A stretch of DNA of 64,000 nt from assembly GCA_964234715.1 (NCBI GenBank), contig OZ174286.1; one strand, given 5' to 3'. Under the pieces are notes generated by a model, which worked only from the letters and a program-made list of their open reading frames with translations, was not told the origin of the DNA and searched no databases. Of the stretch, positions 49,362 through 60,300 are shown piece by piece. The stretch is from Podarcis melisellensis (taxonomy: Eukaryota). Each line of letters begins with the position of its first letter. Within the stretch, counting starts at the first letter, position 1. The translations under genes and the position numbers were made by a program.

Positions 49362-51763
49362 TCACTGAATGAGAATTTATGCTCTGAATGAAGTTGTCTT
49401 CTGCCTCATCATGTGAATGAAATAATATGTGCAGAAGCTGAAGGATGCACGAGAAGAGACCAAAAATTAACACATCAGAGTTGAGTGAGAAGTTCAGGGC
49501 TTTTTTTCCCCTGCTGGTACTCAACGGTACACAGTACTGGCACCTGTTTTTCCCTTTCCATACCTTGTTGATTTATCTGTGGAAAGCAAAATGTTTTGAC
49601 GTGGGTGCTTTCACTGAGCCCTTCTGGGGCTGGAAACTATTTTGCAGAGCTGAGAGGCGCAGAGAAAGTGGCTGCAATTGTGCACAGAGGCCAGAGGCGG
49701 CGACGGCAAGCTGGTGCTGGGAAAGAAGCTGCACAGACTTCCTGGTTTGTACCACTTAAGGACAGCCAGAGAGTTGAGAGAGGGGGAAAATGAGTGAGAC
49801 AGACAGCCATATGCCCTTTGTTTCTTTTTGCCCCCTTCCCTTTTTGCTCTGGGATGCCAGTTGGGCTGCAGAGATCTGCCCCATGCTTCCTTACAAGCTT
49901 CCCCACTCCAGCCCCCCTCAAAAAATACATTTGGGGCGCCTTATCCCCTAGGAGTCAGCACCTACACCCACCGAGATTCATGGCCGAGTGGGGATTCGAA
50001 CTCTGATCTCCCTGGTCCTTGTCTGATACTCTAACCACTATACATCACTGGCTCTGGAGCAGAATGTAGCGATGAAAATGGAACCCTAAGCAGGGAGTGC
50101 TTCTCACCATTAACACTTTTTTGCAGGCCCCACTTGGGATAATGTATTTTTTTAATGTATTTAAAATAATGTATCATTTTAAAAAATCAAATACAATTTA
50201 ATTTTTTGTGGAGAAAAAATGTTTGAATAATTCCAAAACAGGCTCTGTTTGAAGTATGCTCCAGTACCCTCTGAGGCAACCCACCTCCCTCTGAACTCCC
50301 ATTTGGTAATGATAGTTTCGTGATATAATATATTCATGGCTTACAGCATTTTTCTTTACTCTCATGCCAGCTGCCTGTGCCACATTAGCTGCTGAACTCG
50401 CCCGCTTATTAGCATGGCACTTGCAAGGCTGAGATAAAAGTGTGTAGCAAAGAAATGTGACAGCTTAGTCATCTCAAAAGAGCGGTGAAGATAACATAAT
50501 TCTCCTAGCTGCAGGGACTTTATATATTTTTCTCCAAACATGCTTTGAATTACTGGTTAATTTATGTATAATTGTGTCGCATGTACATAGCTGGTGACTT
50601 TTTTCTTTTTCAACCCTCAGGATTTTAATGTTACATTATTAGTGATTTTCTGAGGAAGATGCTGTTTATGAATACATAGTTATGAATTTTTGGCTCCATG
50701 TAAAAAAACTAATTCTATATGAACACACAGGGGGAACAAGTCATTAACAAATCTCTGAAACCAGACACTCCTGATGGCCAGACTATAAACAACATCATTT
50801 TTTTCTATTTTCGTATCTCAATAAATCCAGATTTAGCTGTGTATGTACATGAGTAATTTATTAATTAATTTAACTTGCCTATTACCTTATACCAGAGGTC
50901 TCAAGGTGGCTTAAACAAAAGCCAGAACAATTTAAAAACATGACAAATGGTCCATATTGAGAGCATAATAACCAACAAAACTGTCAATAGTTCAAACCCT
51001 ATAGCTAACCATGCAATGAATTCTACAGTATAATAATCATGGCCCTATCTGTCAACAGCATAAACAATCCCCTCCTGGTTCTGGGAGGCAGTGGTACAGG
51101 AGAGGGTAAGGAAGCACCCAGTCCTTCTCGTCTCTTCCTCCTCTTCTTCTGATCCATCCTGTGCTCCACCCTCCAGCTCTGTAGCATCCCCTGCCTCTTA
51201 CTGTTGCCTCCTGGCTGGTACAGGTCACCACAAATCTCTGACTCCCTCTCCCAAATCAGACTCCAGTCCCACTTCTCCTGGTGCACATTCATCAGCGTCC
51301 TGCTGGTCCCTGATATTGGGGCAGAAGCACAGAGACGGTGCGTAGAGAGCTTCTGAATGCAATGCTGAAGGACGAAGTCCTCTTGAGATGCAAATGCTGT
51401 AAACTCTGCAGCTCCTCCAACTGCACCCAGGCTGTAAATATCTGTTAATGCACCATATTTCTTAAAGACACGAAAGTCTCTGTGGCATCTGGATTCCCAA
51501 TGGAAAGAAGACCCCGGGTTAGTGCCTGGATGTCCCTGGAATTCTGCTACCACTTGGCAGAGATTGGGGTGGTGCACAACCTTGGTAACACTATGTTCAT
51601 GTTACCCCTACTTTAGCAGTTGTGTGCAACCACTATAACATACATGATTCATCTTTCAAACTACTGCAGGAAGAACTGGGGGAGGGGTGCCTTGCAAAGT
51701 ACATTTAAACATCCACAGGCTAAATGTTAACACAGGCATCCCAACCAGTGTCAGATTTATGTA

Positions 51764-52008
51764 TAGTCGTACCTCGGGTTAAATATGCTTTGAGTTGAGC
51801 ACGTTCGAGTTGCGCTCCTCGGCGGAGTGCGTTACTTCCGGGTTTGCCGCTTGTGCATGCACAGATGCTCAAAATGACGTCACGCGCATACGCAGAAGCG
51901 GCGAAAACCGATGCGCGTGTGTGCAGATGTGCCATTGCTAGTTACGTTTACCTCTAGATGCGAACGGGGCTCCGGAACGGATCCTGTTTGTATCTAGAGG
52001 TGCCACTG
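51764..52008. mobile_element. Tc1/mariner-type MITE, related family
   Basis: Degenerate TIRs TAGTCGTACCTC / GAGGTGCCACTG with TA flanks; different, CpG-rich core. Confidence 0.7.
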
Positions 52009-52009
52009 T

Positions 52010-52412
52010 ATAAGCTAAATGAGCTATAGCTTAGGGCCCCACTCTCTTGGGGGCCCCAAAAAAATTTAAAGAGGAAAAAACTGGATGTACATTTCCAAAA
52101 TATAAGATAAAAAACAAATAAAATAAAACCTACATACAGCAAGTGTTTTGTAGGCTCCTATGATGTAAGTAAAGGGCCCTGCCTGCTAGCCTGCTCCCTA
52201 AAATATCACTGGTTTGCTCATTTCTATATATAGGGTGCCTGCATTCTGCATGTGCAGATGGCCTTAGATACCTATTGGGTCCATAAATTTCCATATAGCA
52301 TATATTCAACACAAAAAATGACAATTTGTTGTTGGCAAATGACAGCTGGACATATAAAGGGCCCCATTACCTTCAGTAGCTTAGGGCCTCATCAAACCTA
52401 AATCCGGCCCTG
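52010..52412. mobile_element. Partial non-autonomous DNA transposon (hAT-like)
   Basis: Ends in AAACCTAAATCCGGCCCTG, a CAGGGCCGG-type TIR; the other terminus was not found. Confidence 0.5.
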
Positions 52413-52500
52413 ATCCTAACCAACCTCTGAGCCCAATGGCTACCAAGGTCCCTGAACTGGCCACAAGACAAGGTACTTAGCATATTATACTTCGTTGCTT

Positions 52501-52534
52501 TGTAATACTGAGGAGGAGTCACCAGATGGCGCTA
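52501..52534 (+). promoter_or_regulatory. CTCF motif with upstream (U) module
   Basis: Core GAGTCACCAGATGGCGCTA (52516-52534) preceded, after a 6-bp gap, by TGTAATACT, which resembles the CTCF upstream motif. Confidence 0.65.
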
Positions 52535-53020
52535 CTAATTATCACACAAATTTCTAGTTGGCAGTGTTTTCAGTGCTGAGATTAATGCTGTTCGTTTCCA
52601 TGTAATGATTTTTGAGTGAAGTATTACATGAAGGAGTATAGTGATGGTTTAGCAATGCTAAACATCTTCTCTGATGTAACTGCTTTCCTGTCTAAACCAT
52701 TCCATCAAGTCCTATTCCTTTAGGTGTCCTACCAAGTTGTCCTCTGCTACATCGCTAGAACGTCCTGCACCCTTGATTATGTGAACAGATAGACCAAGGG
52801 AATGTCCAAGCAATGGTGTCACAGAGCAGACACTCTCACTTCAATAGTCAGTTATCTAATTATGCTAAAATTCCAGGTGAGAGATGTGATAACGCTCGTG
52901 CATGCTGCAAAATCAGCATTCATGCACCACCATTATGAACTGGGGAGAAACAGATGAGCTTTGTACAAATGCTTGTGACTAGATGACCCTCGTGGTCCCT
53001 TCCAACACTACAGTTCTAGG

Positions 53021-53263
53021 TGTTATGTACTGAAGTTCTCACCCTGGGCCAGCAGGGGGATACTGTAGATAGTTATGCAAATGAAGGATCGAAAGTGACG
53101 TTCAGTGATTGGATAGTTTTAGAAAGTTGCAACAGTTCCATTGTTCTGGAGCTCTATATAAGCAGGCTGACTGAGCTCAGTTCAGTTCTGTTCCAGCTTA
53201 CAAATAAAGAGCTGCTTTGGAAGAATCGCTGTGTCGTCTGATATGTTCGCCCACAACTTAACA
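53021..53263 (+). mobile_element. Solo LTR (Gypsy-like) inserted in a CR1 tail
   Basis: TGTTA...TAACA termini, 5-bp TSD CTAGG/CTATG, TATATAA at 53155-53161, AATAAA at 53203-53208; flanks rejoin to the CR1 tail (CAGTTCTATGATTCTGTG). Confidence 0.85.
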
Positions 53264-53850
53264 CTATGATTCTGTGATTAACAGCCATTCTCTGGGGCCT
53301 CAAACAGAAATATTTCCCAGTACATGTTACCTGATGCTTTTAACTCGGACTGGGACCCTCAGGTCCAGGCGAGGGACAAATGCAGCCTTCCAGGATTCTT
53401 TATTTGGCCCTGGGGACTCTCTCCAGGTGATACTCCTTCCCAGTCTTGCTTTGGCTGGGGTTTCCATATCTGAAAAAGTAAAATTCCTGACACCCACAAA
53501 GTTGTTGAGCTTTCTGGAGCTGCTTTTGCCAACGTGCTGCCATACATCCAATTTCACAAAATTCCCCGATGCCATTTTTACACCTGAAAACCAGAACATG
53601 TCAGGGATTTTCAGGGCCTAGCTTTGGCCCTCATGAAATGTTTTTGCCTGGCTGAAATGTGCCCTTGAACTCTGATAAGGCCTCTTGCTTGCCTGGATAG
53701 TGGAAAGAGAGGCGAATGTGACTGTGTGTAGAAACTAGCCTATTGCACGAAGGTAATATTCACATCAATTGCTCCGCCCACCTTTGCCCTGGGCTCTGCC
53801 CACCATTGGCATGTGATCTCCAGAAGGGAATGAAGTCTTCATGCTGAAAA

Positions 53851-54106
53851 GAAGAAGAAGAGAAGAAGAGTTTGGATTTGATATCCCGCCTTTCACTCCC
53901 TTTAAGGAGTCTCAAAGCGGCTAACATTTTCCTTTCCCTTCCTCCCCCACACAAACACTCTGTGAGGTGTGTGGGGCTGAGAGACTTCAGAGAAGTGTGA
54001 CTGGCCCAAGGTCACCCAGCAGTTGCATGTGGAGGAGTGGAGACGCGAACCTGGTTCCCCAGATTACGAGACTACCACTCTTAACCACTACACCACACTG
54101 GCTCTC
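53851..54106 (-). mobile_element. Young tRNA-derived SINE with L2-like tail (Squam3/MIR-like)
   Basis: Head GAGAGCCAGTGTGGTGTAGTGGTTAAGAG (A box) ... GGTTCGCGTCTC (B box) on the minus strand; (TCT)n tail. Older copies near 19783-19970 (+) and 28410-28636 (-). Confidence 0.8.
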
Positions 54107-54611
54107 ACAAAATGTTCCCCACCTCTGCCAAGGATTGAGCATGGCACCTCCTGTTCTGTCCCGGAGCTCTCACTTCACTAATGATCATCTATTTATCAAT
54201 GGCACATGCAAAATCAGTTTGGATATGCTTTTTTGTATACCTCCTTCGGAGCTCTTACAACAGCAAGATACACACCTGTGCTGGCTCTAGCACAGGCCCA
54301 TATTGTTACATGGACAGCCAGTGCATGGAAACTGACAAAATGGCCACAGCTGCCATTCTCTGAAGAGGCCGCAAAAAAATAAGAACGCAAGAAAATCACT
54401 GCTGGATCAGGCCAATGGCCCATCTAGCCCAACATCCTGTTCTCACAGTGCCCAGCCAGATGCCTGTGGGAAAGCAGGCAAGCACAACAACACTCTCCTC
54501 TCCTGTGGTTTCCAGTACAGTAACTAATATTCAGAAGAATTGCTGCCTCCGACCTTGGAGGCAGAGCATAGCCCGCATGGGTGAAACCCTAAATAAATGA
54601 GCAACTCATAT

Positions 54612-54880
54612 CCATAGAATTGGAAGGGTTCCCAAGGATCATCTAGTCTAACCTCCTGCAATGCAGGATTCTCAACTAAAGTGTCCATGACAGATGGCCA
54701 CCCAACCTCTGCTTAAAAACCTGCAAGGAAGGTTTGACAACCTCCCACTGTCGAACAGCTCTCATTGTCAGGAAGTTCTTCCTGGTGTTTAGTCAAAATC
54801 TCCTTTAACTTGAATCTATTGGTTCAGGTCCTACCCTCCAGAGCAGGAGAAAGAAAGCTGGTTATCATATCTCTCCTATC
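54612..54880 (-). mobile_element. CR1 LINE 3' fragment
   Basis: Reverse complement of the CR1 3' end (TTGGAAGGG...ATCTAGTC..ACC..CTGCAATGCAGG). Boundaries approximate. Confidence 0.7.
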
Positions 54881-55660
54881 TCCTCTTCAAAAGGAGTATT
54901 CAGAAATATTACTGTCCCCTACCATGGAGGCAGACTAGTAACTATTGTGGTTAGGAGCCCTAAATAAATGAGCCTTGAATAATATTGGGAGACCCGACCA
55001 ATAAAACGTATCTAGAATTAAGAGTTGGCCAATGCAACATCCTAGTATTTTTGAACCCTGGGACCTCTCCTTTTACAAATGGTTGCGGCCGCTTTAAGGA
55101 TGTCCTGTTTCCTTGGCGCTTCATATTTTATGTGCTTTTTCGGTTCCTATCCCTTAACTTTCCTTCTGATCTCTATGCAAACCCAGCAGGGGGCTGTCTC
55201 TTCCTCCTTGCTGCACCTGCTGTGCTGTGGTTTTCATAACACCTTATTAGACATAATTGCCTGTCAGCTGCCTGCAGGCTTTATGTGTAATCTGGGCCTT
55301 GCGAGCTTCCTTTCTTAACTTCCTGTCAAGTTGCTGGCATAGGAGGGAAATTGTTTAAAAGCGCCTGGCAAAAGGTAGAGACACCATAGTTAATTAGGAG
55401 TAGCTGCAAAACAAATTATCAGCAGGCCCCGCACCGCAGCGACGAGTGTGGCGCCTAACGATAAACAAAAGCTGCCGAACAATATTTTTATTTATAGCAA
55501 TGCATTGCATTTAGTTATTACCACCAAATCAAAGTGCACCCTCCTGAGCTATTTGACTCATCTGCAGACCCTTCAAGTGTCCCTATTTTCAAGGGACATC
55601 CCTGATTTGGAGAAGCCATCCCAGTTTCTGATTTGATCCAGAATGTCCCACTTTTCCTTA

Positions 55661-55780
55661 AAGGTAAAGGGACCCCTGACCATTAGGTCCAGTCGTGACT
55701 GACTCTGGGGTTGCGGCGCTCATCTCGCTTTATTCTCTGAGGGAGCCGCCATACAGCTTCTGGGTCATGTGGCCAGCATG
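55661..55780 (-). mobile_element. 5'-truncated Sauria SINE nested in another repeat
   Basis: Only the 3' 120 bp are present; TSD ACTTTTCCTTA at 55650-55660 and 55781-55791. Confidence 0.85.
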
Positions 55781-56663
55781 ACTTTTCCTTAGGGTGTCTT
55801 TATTTTCATTGGAGAAATGTTGGAGGGTATGGAGTTATCCAACCACCAAGCCATCTGAAGGCAATCCTGTATAGAGGTTTTTTTAATGTTTAATGCTTTA
55901 TTATGTTTTTATATATGTTGGAAGCTGCCCAGAGTGCCTGAGAGAACCCAGTAAGATGTGTGGGGTATAAATAGGAAAATTATCATTATTGAATGGGACG
56001 TCCCTATTTTCATTGGAGAAATGTTGGCGGGTATGCATCAGGTTACCCTGGTTAAAGCACTCAGCATCCTGTGGCAGATGAGTGAATTAAACCATCAGCA
56101 TCATGTCACTGATTTGCCTAACCAATGCAGACCATGACACAAAGGGGTCAGGCAACTGTGACTCTGTTAAGGTGATGTAAATTAGGAGAGGCAAAACTCA
56201 AGCCAGGAGCTAAATGTGGCATTCCAGACCTGTTTATTTGGCCCTAAAAATTCTCCCTGGGCCACACCCCTTTGTGTCTGGTTGGAAGGTACCCTTGAAC
56301 TCCCATGATGCCTCTTGCTTATATGAATGGAGGATAGAGAAACGTACCTGATATTTCAACGATTTCCGCCCAGACACTGCTTCCAACTACAGTATTCCAG
56401 CTATGTCTGGGAAATTCTGGATGTATGGGAACCCTAGAAATAGCCTGATGTCACAGACCGGTTGGATCCAGAGGAGTGGTAGGAGACAGCAGCTGAGGAA
56501 CCCCAAGGGAAGAAGGCTCAGAGCATGGGGGTTGGTGGTAGAATGACAATGAGTGGTTAGAGGGAGAAGGGTCCAGCTGGGGAAGAGGCACAGTCTCAGA
56601 AAGCTTGGGGAAAACCTGAGAGGACTCCTGTAGGCATCACGCATAGTATATTTGAAATGCTTC

Positions 56664-56838
56664 CAGTGGCATAGCGTGGGTTGTCAGCACCCGGGGCAAG
56701 GCAAGTAATTTGCGCCCCCTAACCCATGGATTTTAGCACTCGAGCCAGGTGGGGGCAGAGAGCTGCGAGTGCAAGTGCGCCCCCCATGTTGCGCCCGGTG
56801 CAGCCGCCCCCCCCTGCACCCCCCACGCTACGCCACTG
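56664..56838 (-). mobile_element. hAT-type MITE (same termini as 39290-39457)
   Basis: TIRs CAGTGGCATAGCGTGGG / CCCACGCTACGCCACTG; perfect 8-bp TSD AATGCTTC. Confidence 0.88.
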
Positions 56839-57296
56839 AATGCTTCAAACATTTGAAATGCACTATATAAATATTATTATTTCACTATTGCAGTAATTTG
56901 GAGTTTATTAACAAAAACAAGATCTGCACAGGAGTGTCATGAGCACAGCGACTCATCTCCCCCATGAAGCAGTTGCTAAGACTGAAGGTCCCTGACTCCC
57001 CAAAGCTGCCTAAGTCCAACTCCTCTCCAAGGTTTTTGGGAGTGGGGCTGAGGCTGTGAGATAGTTTGCCCAGTGCAGGAGGAGGCAATACAATGTCCTC
57101 CAGAAGGTTGTTAGACTCCTATCAGCCTCAACCAGCATGACCAATAGTCAGGGGTGATGGGAGCTGTAGTCCAATAACGTCTACTCTCTCACTGGTATGC
57201 AGTTTTTGTTTGCATTGCCTTATACCTTACTAACCCTTATTCTCAACAAGCAGTAGTAGAGCATAAAATAGTAGGCATCTGACATCCTGGAATCTT

Positions 57297-57315
57297 CTGT
57301 CACTAGATGGCAGTG
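57297..57315 (+). promoter_or_regulatory. CTCF motif
   Basis: CTGTCACTAGATGGCAGTG matches the CCACYAGRKGGCR core. Confidence 0.55.
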
Positions 57316-60300
57316 TAACAATTCACTACACTATTGCAACAAGTTGAAAGCTGTAAATGACCGAGTCCTTTCTGATATTTAGAAGATAATGTTATCTATT
57401 AATAATATTAAGAAGACAATAATGGGTTTTAAGACTCCCCCCCACCTGGGTCTGTCAGGTGAATCCTTGTAGGTGGCAGCATTTGTGACACAAAATAAGC
57501 ACAGACATTTGGATCAGTTGGCCAGGGATTAAATCTGGAACCAAATTCACAACATACAATTCTTTCAGCCTTCACCTTGAAAGTATATATGGCACCAAGG
57601 TGCCTTCTACAATGTGAAAGAGATTAACATCAGTGGCCACCAAGGATACATCTGTTGTTCAGCATCAATGTATGCTATACAAGCTCTCTCCCTTCACTTG
57701 GTACAACAGAATAGCAAGGTCATAACAATATGCAATTCCCTTTAACTACTTCTATGCAATACATTGGCTTTGCAGCGAAATTAATACTAGCATTGACATC
57801 AAGCAGAAAGCAAATCTTTATTCCTAATCATTTGAAGAATCAGCTTTAGAACCCATTAACTTAATGTGGTCCTGTAAATGCAAACAGACTATGCACACAA
57901 TTATTAGGCTGTGATTGTACATGTTCTTGTTCTGTCATGAATCATTCATCTTTCTTGTAAAAAATCATAGCCAGCAGTCACTCAAAAGGAAATGCTTATT
58001 TTTCATAAATCTCTGCTTAGTCTTGTAAATACCCACTTAAACCTTCTGGCTTCATTATGCATATCTTTTCATTTTCCCTTCATTGTTCTTTGTCCTAAAC
58101 ACACAAAAGCACAGGTACGTATATATTGTCACTGTTCATCAAGTCTACAGGGAAGAGAGTGCATCTGTCTATTCCTGACTCAAAGTCAAGAGACTGTGCA
58201 TGTGTTATCATTTGTCAATGTTCTTCCTGCTGAGATCCCCATACACAATTTGCACGGCATGTGTGGACTTTTACAGTATACCATGCAAACAGTACGAACA
58301 GAGCGGTTGCTAAAGAGAACCACGGGAGATTAATTGTGGGTATGGTCTACTTCTTCCTTTCACATGGTGTGTAAAGGAGGAACAAACCCATGAAGATCAA
58401 GGAAGAGGAAGAACAAGTAAAGGAGAAAGCTGCCCAAGGAGATGTGCTTTGGATATCCCATGGGCAATGGACAGAGGTAGCATGCCGATATCTTCAACAT
58501 ACTTGGTTAGGGTAGCTTACCACTCTGACGATTCCTGCCCCATGTGGGCATGAAGGTTGCTACTAGCATGGTACATAGGATGCAATCTGCTGGAAATATA
58601 TGTTAACCCCTACACTACAGTAAAAGACCTCCTTCCTTGCTTTTGCAGGCTCAATACGTGTTTTAGTGTTGTAGAGGTTACTTAATAATGCAGGATATGG
58701 AATTTGCTTCTACTAGGAATAGCCAGCAACTTTTCTGCTATTAGAAGTTAATAAATGGTAGAATTCAAGTTCACAGCTATATACCACCATGAGGCTCTCA
58801 CACAGCACTCTCTCATGATTTGTTTATAGATCATTCCTGAGCAGTGGCAACTAAATGTGGATCTCAGTTATAGTATTTATCATTTGTTCTTAGCTAAATA
58901 AAAATTGACATGCTATCCACCAGGTTGTTAGAGCAACCATAGAGCAGGCACATCAGGTAACATGCAAGCAAAGTCTCAGCAGTGACCCATTCAAAAGCAA
59001 GTTTGCTGGATGAAGCTAACACAGTAAAATAATATTTGGTTGAGTTGACTGGGTCAAAAAGTTAGTGAGTGTCAAAGCCTAGCACTACTAGTGTGTGCAC
59101 GTGTGTGCATATTTATATTACTATTATCTCGCTGAAGGAAAGGTTTGGGGTCTGGTGAAGAAAGCACCTGTATTTTTTCACTGAAGTATTTTTCAGTGGT
59201 GTGAGATAGGATCTGTTTTCTTACATCCAGTGGTTGAAAGAATCCGGCATCTTAATTGTCTCTATATATAACCCAACTGGCCACAGCTTGCTTGGCTGGA
59301 AGCTAAAGAAGACAATGAGCCATGCACCATGTCATTATCTCCATCGTTGCACCACACAGGCCTCTACGACAACAACAAGCCAATGGGTGGATCTAAATGC
59401 GTTTAATGGTAGTGTGGGAGAGATGTACAGAGGGAATCAATTACCTCCTGAAACCTGTCACAGCCATGCAGATATTTCAAAGACAGCATAAAATGTTTTT
59501 GTGGGGGGTTTTATAGCATGGATTTGACTGACTTTTGATAATGGGGATGGGAAGTGACTTGGACCAGGGCCAGCCCTACCATTAGGCAGGTGGCAGATGC
59601 TGAGGGGCAGAGTACTGTGTGCTGCATGCCCTGCCTTGCACCCTGTGGGCTAGCCTGCAGTGCTCAGCTACACTGGGCGTAAACTACCTGTTGCCAGTGT
59701 CAAAGTGCTTTTGTACATGGGCAGCTTGTTTGCCTCAGGCAGCAAAATATCTTTGCCCAGCCCTGAGTGGGCCATGGATACCTCCACCTGAATCCTGATC
59801 AGAAAGATATTCTCTTATACTCAGGGTTCATTGAGGTCAGTTGTCACTGAAGGTCAAACTAGACATGGTGTTAATCATTTTGTTAACCCTTGTGTGGTTT
59901 TTAAAAATTAAATAGCAGCCAGTGCAGGGGTGGGGAGCAGTTCCATGGCAAGGGGTAAGGCTTTAGCCTTTTGCTGTATAGCAGTCCCAATCTGAAGTGC
60001 AGCATCATGTGCTTGATATGGTGAGCACCGATCTCAGGCAAGGGCAAGGTAAGGCTGGTTGTTCCAACAAGAAACAAGCTGAAACGGAGCCCTTCTATAG
60101 GAGCAAAACCAGCGACAGCCTGATTACTAGCACCACCTGTGTTGCAAGATTCAGCTTCACTTCAAAGTGCCCAGCCTTCTCTAGTATTCTTCTACTGTAA
60201 CTGATCAGGGGACCCTCTGGTCTGACTGGGTCTTTGCCATGAGAGTCCACCAAATCTGAGAACGGCAACATTACATGCTCAGCCTGTGGCACAGGCGCTA

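Noticed and set aside
54512-54522. TACAGTA as another excision footprint
   Set aside because: Equally explained by a simple CAGTA tandem duplication; TACAGTA/TACTGTA 7-mers are also expected by chance at roughly the frequency seen.
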